From Macrostomum hystrix (taxonomy: Eukaryota > Animalia > Platyhelminthes), in contig CATNEN010000007.1 in assembly GCA_950097015.1 (NCBI GenBank), forward strand, positions 4,278,001-4,342,000: a stretch of DNA of 64,000 bases, written 5' to 3'. Shown here piece after piece: positions 46,618 through 60,351 of the stretch (within the stretch, counting starts at the first letter, position 1; each line of letters begins with the position of its first letter). The position numbers and the translations under genes are program-made. A model generated the notes under the pieces. The model saw nothing but the letters and a program-made list of their open reading frames with translations. It did not search any database and was not told the origin of the DNA.

Positions 46618-49422
46618 TCAGCCAGCCGGCAAATCAAAGGCCAGCACCGGCTGCTGCCGAGTGTCCAGCAGGTCGGCGATGATCCGGTGCCAAGGCAGCG
46701 ACACGTAGGTGAGGCAGGCGTTCAAGGACGCGGAGCTGGCCCTTCGGCGCTCCTTGAACCAGTGCCAGGCCTGGCCGAATGAGCGGCCGACCTGCCAGAT
46801 GCTGGCTCCGATGCTGCCGCCACCGACACCGCTAGCCGAGTCGACTTCAGTCGTCGAATCTTCTGGCTCGTCGCCGAATTCTTCCTCGATGGCACGAGCG
46901 TCAACTTCGCTAGCTGGTCGGCGACGCCGGCCGGAGCCGACGAAATTCGGGCGGCGACTGACGGCGCAGCCGGTCGTGTCGATGTTGGCCGAGTCCGACC
47001 GCGACTTCTTCATGCCGCCGCCTCCGCCGCCGCCTCCTCCGCTGCCAAAGCCGCCGGAAAGTCGTCGCTCTCGCCGACGCCTAGAATCATCGTCGTCGAC
47101 GTCGTCGCCGCAGGCGGATTCCGGCGCGGCAGTCACCGCCACCTCGGCGTGACCTTTGCCGTGCGGCCCACGCATGCGCAGGAATACCAACCGGCGACCG
47201 GAAGCGGCGCGGAAGCTGCCGCCGCCGACACCTCCGCTGGCCCTGGCCTGATAAACCTCCAGCACCGACTCATAGCGAATGCTGCCCAGGAACAGCACTC
47301 CCTGCAGTGCGGGGGATTGGCACTACACTTGTAACACTGTAACATTCAGGTGCCGCAATCAACATTCAGGTGTCACTATCAACATTCAGGTGTCACCATA
47401 AACATTCAGCTGTCACTATCAACATTCAGGTGTCACTATCAACATTCAGGTGTCACCATAAACATTCAGGTGTCACTATCAACAAGCAGGTGTCACTATT
47501 AACATTCAGGTGTCACCATAAACATTCAGGTGTCACTATCAACAAGCAGGTGTCACTATCAACAAGCAGGTGTCACAATCAACAAGCAGGTGTCACTATC
47601 AACAAGCAGGTGTCACTATCAACAAGCAGGTGTCACAATCAACAAGCAGGTGTCACTATAAAAACGCAAATGACACGCAAAGCCCACCTGCAGGCGGCCC
47701 CGTCTGTCGCAGGCCACGAGCTCCACGCAGAGCAGCTCGGAGTCGCGCAGGACGCAGTCGGCAAACAGATCCTCATAGTTGTGCACGCTGAAGAAGATGT
47801 TAGGATAGGCGATCTCCTCCTGGCTGGCCTTGCCGTCCATGCTGTGCCGGCTGGGGCTGGCGAACACGCGGCTGGTGAATCGGCGCAGGATCTGCAGCTC
47901 CCGGGCGCCGGTGCGGGTGCAGACGGCGCAGGTAACAGTGTAAGCAAACTGCTGCATGATGAGGTTCAGGTAGACACTCTCCTCCAGGTCAACCAACTGG
48001 TCAGCCAGGATCAGGCGGTAATTGTGCTGGTGCTTGCGATGCACCTGCGACAGATATATAGAGATAGAGTAGAGAGATAGAACAAGTGTCACAGCCGCAT
48101 CCAAAGGCTGAGAATAGCTGTCCAGTCCATGGACTTAAGACACCAACCTTCATTTCTTTCCCAGCTGATGCTGGCACCAATTTTACAACTGAATGAACTG
48201 AAGCACTAAAGAATTAATGGGCTGAGATTCGAACCGCCGACCTTTCAGTCCACAGTCCTCTAACCACTAAGGCTACAAGCTGCATCTGCGAGAGAATGGA
48301 CAAATTACGGGGGGGAGAGTAACTCTCTTGCAATAAACCGATGCACTTAAAGGCTAAAGTGCAGTCACCTGATTCAAAGTACCCATGGGAAGGTGACTGG
48401 CATACAATAAAGAGATTCTTATCTTGAAATAACATCCAAAAAGTACTGCAAGTACTCGAGGCTCGAGGCGGCGCAGTCGCAAAATCACGCAGCAACAGCA
48501 GCAGCAGATGACGCACCATGCCGCCTGACAACCTAGCGAAATGGATACTTTTGTCCCATGAAAATAAAACTGATGCTGCGTCTGGGGCCCTTCAATATCC
48601 CCATTTAATCTAAAATCCCTTATTCTGTAATCCCCACCCACTCTGCAATCCTTGTCCATTCAGTAATATCCCAAGTCATTCTGTTATATTATAATCCATT
48701 CTGAAATATCCCTATCCAGTCTGTAAAATCCCGATCCATTCTGTAATATCCCGATCCATTCTGTAATATCCCGATCCATTCTGTAATATCCCTATCCATT
48801 CTGTAAAATCCCTATTCATTCTGTAAAATCCCTATCCATTCTGTAAAATCCCTATCCATTCTGTAAAATCCCTATTCATTCTGTAAAATCCCTTTTCATT
48901 CTGTAAAATCCCTATCCAGAATGTAAAATCCCTATCCATTCTGGAATATCCCTATACAATCAGCAACATACCTTTCTATCCCCTACTCCCACGCAGAAGG
49001 CTCACCTCCACGGTGGTGCCCGCCGCGGCGCCGGCAGCTCCTGATGGGTCTCCCCGCCGGCGCCGCACGTAGAACACCAGGTCGTCCTTAAACTCGTCCG
49101 CAGGCAGAACGCCCGGCCCCTCGCCGCTGTCCTCTAGAAAGTGCTGCACCAGCAGCTGGCTCCAGAACTTGTTTCTAGGCGGCCTCGGCTGCTGCTGCAA
49201 GGAAGAAGACTTGCTGGAAGCAGAAGACCGCCGCTCCACCGAGATGGACGCCAGGATGCGCTGCAGGGAGCTGCTGCGGCTCATCCGGTCCGCCTCTGAG
49301 TCGCCGTCTTTTCCAGCTCCAGCTTCGTCGTCATTGTCGGGCAGCTCGGCTTCCAGAAGATCGTCTGAGTTGCTGCCGTCGCTGGCGCAAATGTTGAAAC
49401 GAACCGGAGCGCTGGTATCCAT
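46618..49422 (-). CDS. KIAA0930: KIAA0930 (DUF2045) homolog, 3 coding exons, about 485 aa
   Basis: Exons 49422-49006, 48044-47688 and 47301-46618, all phase 0 with GT-AG boundaries. Motifs recognised from KIAA0930: DDLVFYVRR, EESVYLNLIMQQFAYTVTCAVCTR, VFASPSRHSMDGK, YPNIFF, LCVELVA, GSIRYE, RMRGPHGKGHAEVAV, LTYVSLPWHRII. Confidence 0.9.
47340..47660. repeat. 20-bp minisatellite (AACAWKCAGGTGTCACTATC)n filling KIAA0930 intron 2
   Basis: Visible unit. Confidence 0.92.
48100..48282 (-). mobile_element. Second tRNA-derived SINE-like element (family B) in KIAA0930 intron 1
   Basis: Minus strand reads GTAGCCTTAGTGGTTAGAGG (A-box-like)...GGTTCGAATCTC (B-box), with no complete cloverleaf, followed by CTTCAGTTCATTCAGTTGTAAAATTGGTGCCAGC, loosely CORE-domain-like. 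Left boundary is approximate. Confidence 0.55.
48675..48955. repeat. 20-bp minisatellite (CCTATCCATTCTGTAAAATC)n in KIAA0930 intron 1
   Basis: Visible unit. Confidence 0.9.
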
Positions 49423-49713
49423 GGCAACAGCGGAGCGGGGGACCGAGCCGCGGCTGGAATTCGAGGTTGGAGAAAGCTGTCTAGAAGAGTAAAAAACGAA
49501 ACTAACGGAATTAGTACGAAAAATAATGAAAGAAACGGAAATATATTAACGAAAGTGCTGAATTTCGGTTACTAAAAGTATCGAAACCATTTTAACAGAA
49601 AAAACAAAAATAAACGAAATAAGCTAATAGAAACTAGAAGAAACAAGCGAAAAAAACATAAAGTTACCGGGCATTAAATTCAATTAACGCTACTGCAAGT
49701 AGAAACCGCGGCT

Positions 49714-49719
49714 TTTATT
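49714..49719 (-). terminator. Candidate polyadenylation signal AATAAA for DTWD1
   Basis: TTTATT on +, about 120 nt downstream of the DTWD1 stop (49840) and about 235 nt upstream of the KIAA0930 acceptor. Confidence 0.55.
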
Positions 49720-49839
49720 CAGTAGTTTGAAGTTTAATGCAAAACAGTGAGAGTGCAGCACACGATCCTAACCTAGAAATGCAAGCATAAAAATGTTTTA
49801 AAGCTGAATTAATCGACAAAATTGGCGTCACATCAAGCA

Positions 49840-52049
<2,210 letters not shown>

Positions 52050-52350
52050 CTGCAGTGCTTACAGTCCTGCGAGCAACAATTTCCTTTTTAAGGAAAAAAT
52101 AATGATCAAACGGTAACTAGAGGAAATGCGAAACAGCTACTAGGCTTTCATCCTCGGAAATAAGTGGCAAAACGCAACAAAGATTTATTAGCGAGCAAAG
52201 GAAATGCAAAGATGCAAGCGCAAGGCAGAGCATTACCAGTAGCAAATAATAGTACTATACTAATGTAGCACATTTGCAGGATCAATAAATATTACTGGCT
52301 ACTAGTATAGTGCTGGAGCTCTACGCATCAGTGAGTATTAATTAACGGCA

Positions 52351-52356
52351 TTTATT
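52351..52356 (-). terminator. Candidate polyadenylation signal AATAAA for TMEM42 (second candidate at 52184-52189)
   Basis: TTTATT on +, between the TMEM42 stop (52615) and the DTWD1 acceptor (52050). Confidence 0.5.
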
Positions 52357-52467
52357 TATAGGAAAGACATTGCGTGTAGTGCATTACACTACTGTTGTTC
52401 AGCACAGGTGCAACCCAATTATCTATTAGGGAGAGCTGCCAAGCACATTTCATTGCATTCTACTCTC

Positions 52468-52590
52468 TCCCATTCTCCCTGTCTACTCACCCATTCTCCC
52501 TGTCTACTCCCCCATTCTCCCTGTCTACTCCCCCATTCTCCCTGCCTACTCTCCCATCCTCCATGAATCTCCCATTCTCCCTGAATCTCT
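52468..52590. repeat. 21-bp repeat (CCCATTCTCCCTGTCTACTCC)n in the TMEM42 3' region
   Basis: About 5 imperfect copies. Confidence 0.75.
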
Positions 52591-52614
52591 CAAACATCCA
52601 GCTGCAGGCCGTTT

Positions 52615-53016
52615 TCAGTCAGTCTTTTCCACTGCAACCGTCAGCTCCTTTTCGCTCCGCTGCGTCTCCCGGCAGGCGATGAAGAATCCGGCCAGGATGA
52701 GACCGGAGCCGGCCAGCCAACGCGGCCCGACCGGCTCGCCGAAGACCAGAAAGCCGGCGAGGCCGGACAGCAGAAAATTGGCCGCGGCGTTGATCAGGGT
52801 GGCCCGGGCAGCAGAGCCGCAGGCGTGCATGGCACGGACAAACATCGGCCACATGGCCGCGTTGCAGGCCAGCCAAGCGGCCGCTGCGGCAAGGCCGGCC
52901 GGCCAATCAGACTGGCCAATGGCCGAGCCCGCCAGCTTGCCGGCCAAGGAGGCGCCCGCGGCAGCTGCGCCAGACAGAATGGCCCACAGAAATGGCGGCG
53001 GCTGAGACTTGGACAG
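52615..53016 (-). CDS. TMEM42: TMEM42-like 4-TM DMT/EamA-type small membrane protein (133 codons from the acceptor; no ATG of its own at the 5' end)
   Basis: Acceptor CTACTTTTCCAG at 53017 is followed in phase 0 by LSKSQPPPFLWAILSGAAAAGASLAGKLAG...NAAMWPMFVRAM...ANFLLSGLAGFLVFGE...WLAGSGLILAG, which matches the TMEM42 pattern. Confidence 0.8.
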   Translation of the reverse strand: MSKSQPPPFLWAILSGAAAAGASLAGKLAGSAIGQSDWPAGLAAAAAWLACNAAMWPMFVRAMHACGSAARATLINAAANFLLSGLAGFLVFGEPVGPRWLAGSGLILAGFFIACRETQRSEKELTVAVEKTD

Positions 53017-53094
53017 CTGGAAAAGTAGGCAATGGAAGCTTCTTGTTGATGGAATCGGGATCGGGAGTTTGAGAGGATGGGATTTGAACCTTGA

Positions 53095-53285
53095 GCGTAT
53101 GGGATCTGAAGTTTGGGATGGGATCTGGACTTTGGGATGGGATCTGAAGTCTGGGATGGGATCTGAAGTTTGGGATGGGATCTGAAGTTTGGGATGGGAT
53201 CTGAAGTTTAGGATGGGATCTGAAGTTTGAGAAGATGGGATCTGAGATTGGGATGTGATCTGGAGATTTGGTGGATGGGATCTGA
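53095..53285. repeat. 19-bp minisatellite (GGGATGGGATCTGAAGTTT)n
   Basis: Visible unit just upstream of the TMEM42 acceptor. Confidence 0.88.
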
Positions 53286-55085
53286 ATTTTAGGATAGTAA
53301 GGGCCATTTAGAATTGTGAAGGTGGGATAAATTTGTTTTGAGATTTTGTGGCAAAGTATGAGTATGAAAAAATCAATTCAAATCAAATATATTGCAAATG
53401 TAGATCATTGTGACATTTATTAAATATTTTTTTGCTAGCTTGATCTGAAAGTGAGTGCATACTAGCTATGAGCCCATATTAAACTATGGAAAAAGTATAT
53501 CAATAGCAACATTCATATTTTGTTTCAATAATTGTCAACAACCTGTTCGAAGAGCTCAAGAATTAATTTTATGGCACTATGTTTATAGTGAAGGCTTAAC
53601 TGAACAAACTTGTCTTAATGACTTTACTGTCCTCTAATTATAAATGAGTCATAAAAAATATATAATTTCAGGATGAGATATTCTAGTCTAATATTGTGCT
53701 ACAATATATATAAAAAAATAAAAAATATATAGTATATAGAATACTAGAATATGAATTCGAAAATGGGAAAAAAGTGAAAATAGAAATGTGAATGTGCATT
53801 TGTTTCTTTAGAAGCTAGCTATACTTCTATTAACTCCTTCATTATTTGTGGGATACAGAAGGATCACCCCAAGTATTTTATCTATCCACTTTTGGATTTT
53901 TTTTTATTTTAGCAAATAAGGTTATTAATTGCATAGGGGCAGGGGTATGGACTAAAGTGACATTACTGATTGGGTAGATATTTTAGTGAAACAATTGGAA
54001 ATATAGTAAATTATAACTTTTCTAGAAAACTGGATTACTGGTTTATTAGTTTTTACTTTCTAAAATTCATACATATAAAAATTACTTCTTTTTTATGGAC
54101 TAATTTTACTTGTGAAAGAAGCTGAATGTTTTATTCGAAAAAAAGCTGGAAAAAGAACAATGAAATAACCACTCAAATTTTTTCAAATTTTCTCTTATAC
54201 TCATTTTTTGCTAAATAACTGCGAAAGAAGCTCAAAAATAATATTGACTAGACTAACATAAAGACTCTCCCTGAAGTAAAAGATAACGCGTTAAAAAATA
54301 ACAAGCATAAAGTATACTAATCCATAAACCAAAAGAACCAAAGAAAACCAAATATACTTATCAATGCTATACTTTCTTATAAAAATTATGTCTTAAAACT
54401 GAATAAAATCCCAATGAACAATTCAGAAAATAGTCAGCTAGTTTTAAAGCAAAACGCCTGTTTTTTCTCCTACACACTTTATTTTATTTGAACTATACAG
54501 GATCAAATGAAAGAAGTTTCAAGGATTTGTTTATCTGATTTACCACGATAACTTTTAAGAATATCTTTTTCTTAGATAAAGTACCGAGTCCAATCGAACG
54601 AAAATGGGTTAAATACATTCAACAACAGTAATATTTTAGACCCAATGTATCAAAAATAACTTGCCAGGAGAAATTCAGCAATTATGTATTCGCGACCTAC
54701 TCGCGACCTAAAATAAGGTTTTGATTTTGATTTGCTACCCAGAGTTCTACTTATTTTTGAGTCTTGTTACTTTCTGCAGCCAGTTCAATTGACAACATTC
54801 CCAGGATGTCTTCTATGCAAATGTGAAATTGCGGTTGCTACTTGCTACAAAGCTATTTTTGAGGTAAGAAATGTTAAAATAGCTCAGTGGTTCGGTCAAT
54901 TCTAGTAATCTATATATAGTTTGCCGGTGTGAACGAAGTAAGTGAGAATCCAGCATTTAAAGTTTTAATAGTAAAAAAATGCGAAATCAGGGTACTTTGC
55001 AATCTGGAAGTTTAGCTACTTTTCCATGTTGCGCCTCTTAAGATAAATTTTGTGAATAGTGCATATCTTTCTCGTTCTCACAGCT

Positions 55086-58000
55086 ATGGAACCGATTTCT
55101 GAGCAAGGCCTTAATGTTAAGGCCACAGCGCAGTATTTCTTGGATAACATGGCGTCAATATTCCAGGTAAGTGATTCTCAAGTAGATATTTAATTCCTGC
55201 ATGCTTTATAAATATCTTGCTGATGCAGCTGAAAAGTGCAGGCGGGTTTCGAATACTGAAATCCGACACAAACTTAAATTTAAATGACTAGCTCGCATTA
55301 ATCTGCCTGCCGAGCAGGTACCCCCGGTGGGAATACAAACGAAAGCGGATTAAGGCTTTATGCCAGACGGATTAGTTCACGGGTGGAGTGGAAAATTCGG
55401 CGGGGGCGGAGTGAGTGCTTTCACCCAGAAACAGCGCGCTCCGTCCTCGCCTACTCGCTCTGCAACTCCCTCCCTGTGCATGCTCTGCGTGAGTAAGTCA
55501 GTAATGATCCCCAATACAGAAAACGCAGCAGTGCATTCATGCTTCCGTGATATCTGCTCAGCTCCCTGCACTGATGTGATCAGTAACAGACTCACCGATT
55601 TTTTTCAGATAGCCTCTGCTTTTTTGCTTTCCCATTGCTGGAAGCTTTAGCAAGGCTTTTGGAACCCCCTTTATGCACATGTACATATATATTTGGAACC
55701 CCCTTTATGCACTTGTACATATATATTTGGAACCCCCTTTATGCACATGTACATATATATTTGGATGTTGCTATAAACGGACACAACGACTAAGCTAAAA
55801 CTAGGAGAGCTGATTTTTAAGGATCCTTAGAACTTATTTTACAGAAACCTCTGTCCCCTCCGTCTGTCCGTTTTTCGCTCTCAGATTTGAGCATTCAGGC
55901 AGCATCCTGTTTGACAGTTGCAGCAGCAGGAGTGAAAAGAAAGTCTCTTTCCCCCCCATCGGTATTTTCTTCCTCCATCGATGTACTTCTCGCATTTTCT
56001 GCGCAAGCTTCTTGTGTGTGTGCATGTGTGTGTGTGTGTGTGACATATGAAAGAAAAGCTATAAGCATCTGAAGCTGCACTTTACTTGCAAGCTTCTGCC
56101 CATACTTTACCTAGTGAGCTGGGGCACTAATAGAATATCACCCGCTAATAGCTTTTCATATGTCGTGTACTTTTAGCTGGTCATGTTATTCTAATGGTTT
56201 TATTCCTTGCCTTAGAGGCATTTATCGAACTTTTAGCGTGAAAGATGTCCAATTTGCTGAATAATTATATCGCTACTAATGTACGTTTGCTCTCATGATA
56301 TACATCGCTGATTGATGAATTCCAACCTGCGCAAAGCCAGCACCCTTGCGTCACAGGGCAGTTTTTTATTTTTAGCCTGCCAAATTGCTCGTGTTATATT
56401 ACAGCTCGTATTACAGCCTTATCAGTAGAAAGACCCTATTGGCATTTTAAATATACCCTCATTTTTATTTTTTTCTGCATCTCCCAAAATATTCAACCAA
56501 TCACATTAAAAATCCAGACCTCAGTAGTAGGAACTCCACCCGTGAAGTAGGAACACCCTTGTGATCTTTCCGCAGGGGGAAACTAGCGAGTTCCTTCTAC
56601 TGTTAACGTGTTTTGCTGTCTGTTTCTCTTCGCAGAAACTGACCAATGGCGGCAGCAGCCGGGCCAACGGCGCCAACAGCTGGGGCTACGGCAGCGAGAA
56701 CGGTGAGGCACTGGTTGAGCTGCTGCTCTTGTCAAAGTACGCTGGCGGCCCTAGTCAGACAGAATTTTGTCAAGGGAGTCGCAGACAAGGCCTACAGAGC
56801 CTGGGAAGTCCCGCACAGCAGCTCATTAGTGACTGGCCCCATCTCCCTGGCCTTTTCCCCGTGCGCCAAACCCCCATGCACTCAGCTAATTGGACTGGAG
56901 AATCTAATTTGTTTGAATGCTCGCAGAAGCAGGGCCCTCCTTCGAGTCCGCGCCGCGGTCCTGGAAGGGCAGAGAGAAAAGTGGAAATGAAAAGCCGGGA
57001 CTGACCGCTGCCAGGGGCTTTGCTCGGGCGAGTGTTGCAGAAATGATGAAAAAAACTTTCCGCCCTACATCTCTCGCCATCAATCCTTCGCTCTCAATCC
57101 CTCATCTAAATTCCTTGTTTTTTTATCTCTCGCCATCAATCCGTCACACTCGCCATCGAACCATCTAGTCCTCAGATTTCCAAGCGCTTGTCCTCGCCCT
57201 CGCCCTCGCCCTCGCCCTCGCCCTCGCCCTCGCCACCCAAAAACCGAAGGCCATGGGATCCCCGCAGGGCCGCACACGTGGAGCCGTCAGTTCCCGTTAG
57301 CCGCTGGCAGCTCGCAGTCGCCAGTGCATGTGGAATCCCAGCGCGCCGTCCACTCGCCAGAGCTGACGGTCCGGCCGCTGACTCTGCGGCAGCCGCCGAT
57401 GCCTGGGTGCCTGCTGAGCAACACGGGCGTCGGTTTTCAGGTCAGCGCGCCAGCCGACGATGGAAGCGTGTCGATGGCTGAGTCGTCGGTGGCAGGTGAG
57501 CTGAGACTCGTTGAGATTAAACATTTTTCCCTCCAAAATCTTCCCACTGCAGCACCTCAGAATAGCGATTTCGATCCCCTTATTCCATCCCAGCCACAGC
57601 CAGCCGCCAAACAGCTCGATACATTCCCATCCCCGAAACTGCTCCGGCGATCGATAAATGAGATTCAGCTGCATCTGGCCAGGAACTCAAGGGGAATTGG
57701 GGAGGTGAATATTGGAGAGAACGGGTGATAATGGGGTGAGAATGGGGTGAGGATGGGGTGAGGATGGGGTGAGAATGGGGTGAGAATGAGGTGAGAGTGG
57801 GGTGAGAATGGGGTGAGGATGGGTTGAGAGTGGGTGAGAATGGGGTGAGGATGGGGTGAGAGTGGGTGAGAATGGGGTGAGAATGGGGTGAGAATGGTGC
57901 GTGAGGGGTGAGAAATCACTAGCATTAAGAGCTATTGTGTTTGAGTATGACTAGAAGTTTAGATTCACATTTAAGATGGTGGGGAAGATGAAGCGTGGGA

Positions 58001-60351
58001 ATTGAGGGCAGGGCAGGCGATAGTGGAAGTCCGTGCTCAAGTCCAAAACAAAATTTCCTTTCTAGTCGCGGTCACCGCTAGTGTGTGACCGGCCATCACG
58101 CGCGGCCGAGGCGGTGGAGCAGGAAATTGTGTGACTGGCAGGGGAGGTCTCGGTCTCATCGATCAGGCTTGCGGACTCGGGGTCAGTTGGGGAGACGAAA
58201 TCTGCACCCACCGATCCACGCGGTGGCAGATAAAAGTGCAGCTGAGGACTTCTGAGCTTCATCAGCGAGTGGGTGCACTCGTATTCCTTGTCCAGTTTGT
58301 CTTCCCGCAGTTCCCCAGTTTTATCCCAGAGCTACTTTTTCCCCAGGGTTCGATAGAGCCAGCTCAGGATGTCTGGATGAAGTGAGTTGGGAACATGAAG
58401 GACCACTTCAAAAGTTGAATTTAAGCATCTGAAAAGCTAGCTTTGAGACTCCATTACCGCAGCCCTTTGCTTTTAATTAAATTTCAGTCCTGTCTCCGCA
58501 CTGCTATATTTAGCGACTTAAGTGCTCAAGATTTAGTGCACTTTTCAGAGGATTTCAGAGGAAATCCGAGGATTTCAGTTTTAAAAGGGTGAACCAGAGT
58601 ATGAGGTGAGAATGAGGTGAGAGTGGGGTGAGAATGGGGTGAGGATGGGGTGAGGATGGGGTGAGAACGGGGTGAGAGTGGGGTGAGAATGGGGTGAGAG
58701 TGGGGTGAGAATGGGGTGAGGATGGGGTGAGGATGGGGTGAGAATGGGGTGAGAGTGGGGTGAGAATGGGGTGAGGATGGGGTGAGGATGGGGTGAGGAT
58801 GGGGTGAGGATGGGGTGAGGATGGGGTGAGGATGGGGTGAGGATGGGGTGAGAATGGGGTCAGAGTGGGGTGAGAATGGGGTGAGAATGGCGTGAGAATG
58901 GGGTGAGAATGGCGTGAGAATGGGTGATGATTGGGTGAGGATGGGGTGAGAATGGGGTGAGAGGGGGTAAGAATGGGGTGAGGATGGGGTGAGGATGGGG
59001 TGAGAATTGGGTTAGAATAGGGTGAGGATGGGGTGAGGATGGGGTGAGAGTGGGGTGAGAATGCGGTGAGAATGGGGTGAGAGTGGGGTGAGAGTGGGGT
59101 GAGAATGCGCTCACAGCTCACGGATTCTCAGTGAATCAGAGTGATTATCACAGCTCACGGAAGTGAATCAAAATCTTGCATATTCCCCAGCCAAATCTCC
59201 CTATCTGCCCACAGGAATCGATGGCGGCCCACTGAACTGGCCGCACGAGTTCGCCCAGTTCCACATGCACTGGGGCGCCTGCGACACCGCTGGCAGCGAG
59301 CACGCCATGGATGGTCGGCTGTACCCGGCCGAGCTGCATCTCGTTCACTGGTGCCGCGCCCGGCACGCCAACTTTGATGTCGCCGCTTCGGCCGGCTCCG
59401 GCGCCGGCGATCGTCTCGCCGTGCTGGCTGTGTTCGTTGAGGTGAGCAACGTATTGCACCGCGATACAGCTATAAAATAGCAAAGTTTACTAACTATAAG
59501 TTACTGCTATTAGTAACATAGTTAGCGCACAATGCTCAAAACTCAAAGCAATTGCATCCGAAATGCGGCTGTGCGCAGATTGGCCAGGCAAACGCAGAGC
59601 TAAACAAGATACTGACGAACTTCGACCGCATCAAGGCCACCGACTCGCCAAGTTTTATGCTGCCTACGCCTGTAAACCTGAGCGGTCTGATGCCATCCAA
59701 CACGGCAGAATATTTCACCTATGCTGGCTCGCTGACAACTCCTCCGTGCTACGAGTCTGTGCGATGGATTGTATTCCGGCAGCCAATCAGCATCAGCAGA
59801 GAGCAGGTTCGTTACATAATACGAATTCGTTACATAATACTCGTAGGACAGCCAGCCAATCAGCTGAAGCAGGCTCTACCAGACTGAAATCAGCAATCAC
59901 CAGCAAATCATCAGCAATCACCAATCAGCAACTGGGAAAGTCGTTCCAGTTATTCCGAAGTTGAATGTGGCAGCCAATAAGCAGAGGGCTGTAGATTTTT
60001 GGTAGTTTGCTCCAGCCAATAATCGAATGATTATAGTCTGGAGTCGATTGCGACAGCCTATAAGCAGACATTTTAAGAGAGTTGAGTGTGGGCAGAGATA
60101 CAGCGCCAACCAATAAGCGAAAATGTTAGGATATCGGAAGCGAATAGCTGTTCAGAATTGTTTCAATGTTGGTTTAGCAAAACCTAAATCTGTGCCGAAT
60201 TTCGCAGCTCCGGTCCCTGCGCACCCTGGATAGCAACCGAGGCCGAGTCGGCTGCAAAACGGTGGACAATTACCGGCATCTGATGCCGCTGGGCACGCGG
60301 CAGTTGCTAGTCTCGCAGAGGCCCCAAGCCGCTAATGACAAATCGCCATGA
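55086..60351 (+). CDS. Alpha-carbonic anhydrase, probably cytosolic, 6 exons, 324 aa (303 aa from the second ATG at 55149)
   Basis: Phase-consistent exons 55086-55166 (least certain), 56636-56702, 57268-57495, 59215-59441, 59579-59806, 60208-60351. Motifs: WGY..ENGP..W, QSPV, QFHMHWG (two Zn His), GSEH, ELHLVHW (third Zn His), [27 protein letters not shown]. Confidence 0.93.
55659..55764. repeat. 34-bp tandem triplication (TTGGAACCCCCTTTATGCACATGTACATATATAT)
   Basis: Three head-to-tail copies with no spacers. Confidence 0.9.
57190..57233. repeat. (CCTCGC)n hexanucleotide microsatellite just upstream of CA exon 3
   Basis: Directly visible. Confidence 0.9.
57722..57912. repeat. 11-bp G-rich minisatellite (GGGGTGAGRAT)n, block 1 in CA intron 3
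   Basis: Visible unit. Confidence 0.9.
58603..59108. repeat. 11-bp G-rich minisatellite (GGGGTGAGRAT)n, block 2 in CA intron 3
   Basis: Same unit and orientation as block 1. Confidence 0.92.

Noticed and set aside
48219-48282. Functional tRNA gene
   Set aside because: A- and B-box-like motifs are present, but there is no acceptor stem or full anticodon arm; treated as a SINE head.
55659-55764. 34-bp repeat x3 as a mini-CRISPR
   Set aside because: Contiguous copies with no spacers; a simple tandem triplication inside a CA intron.
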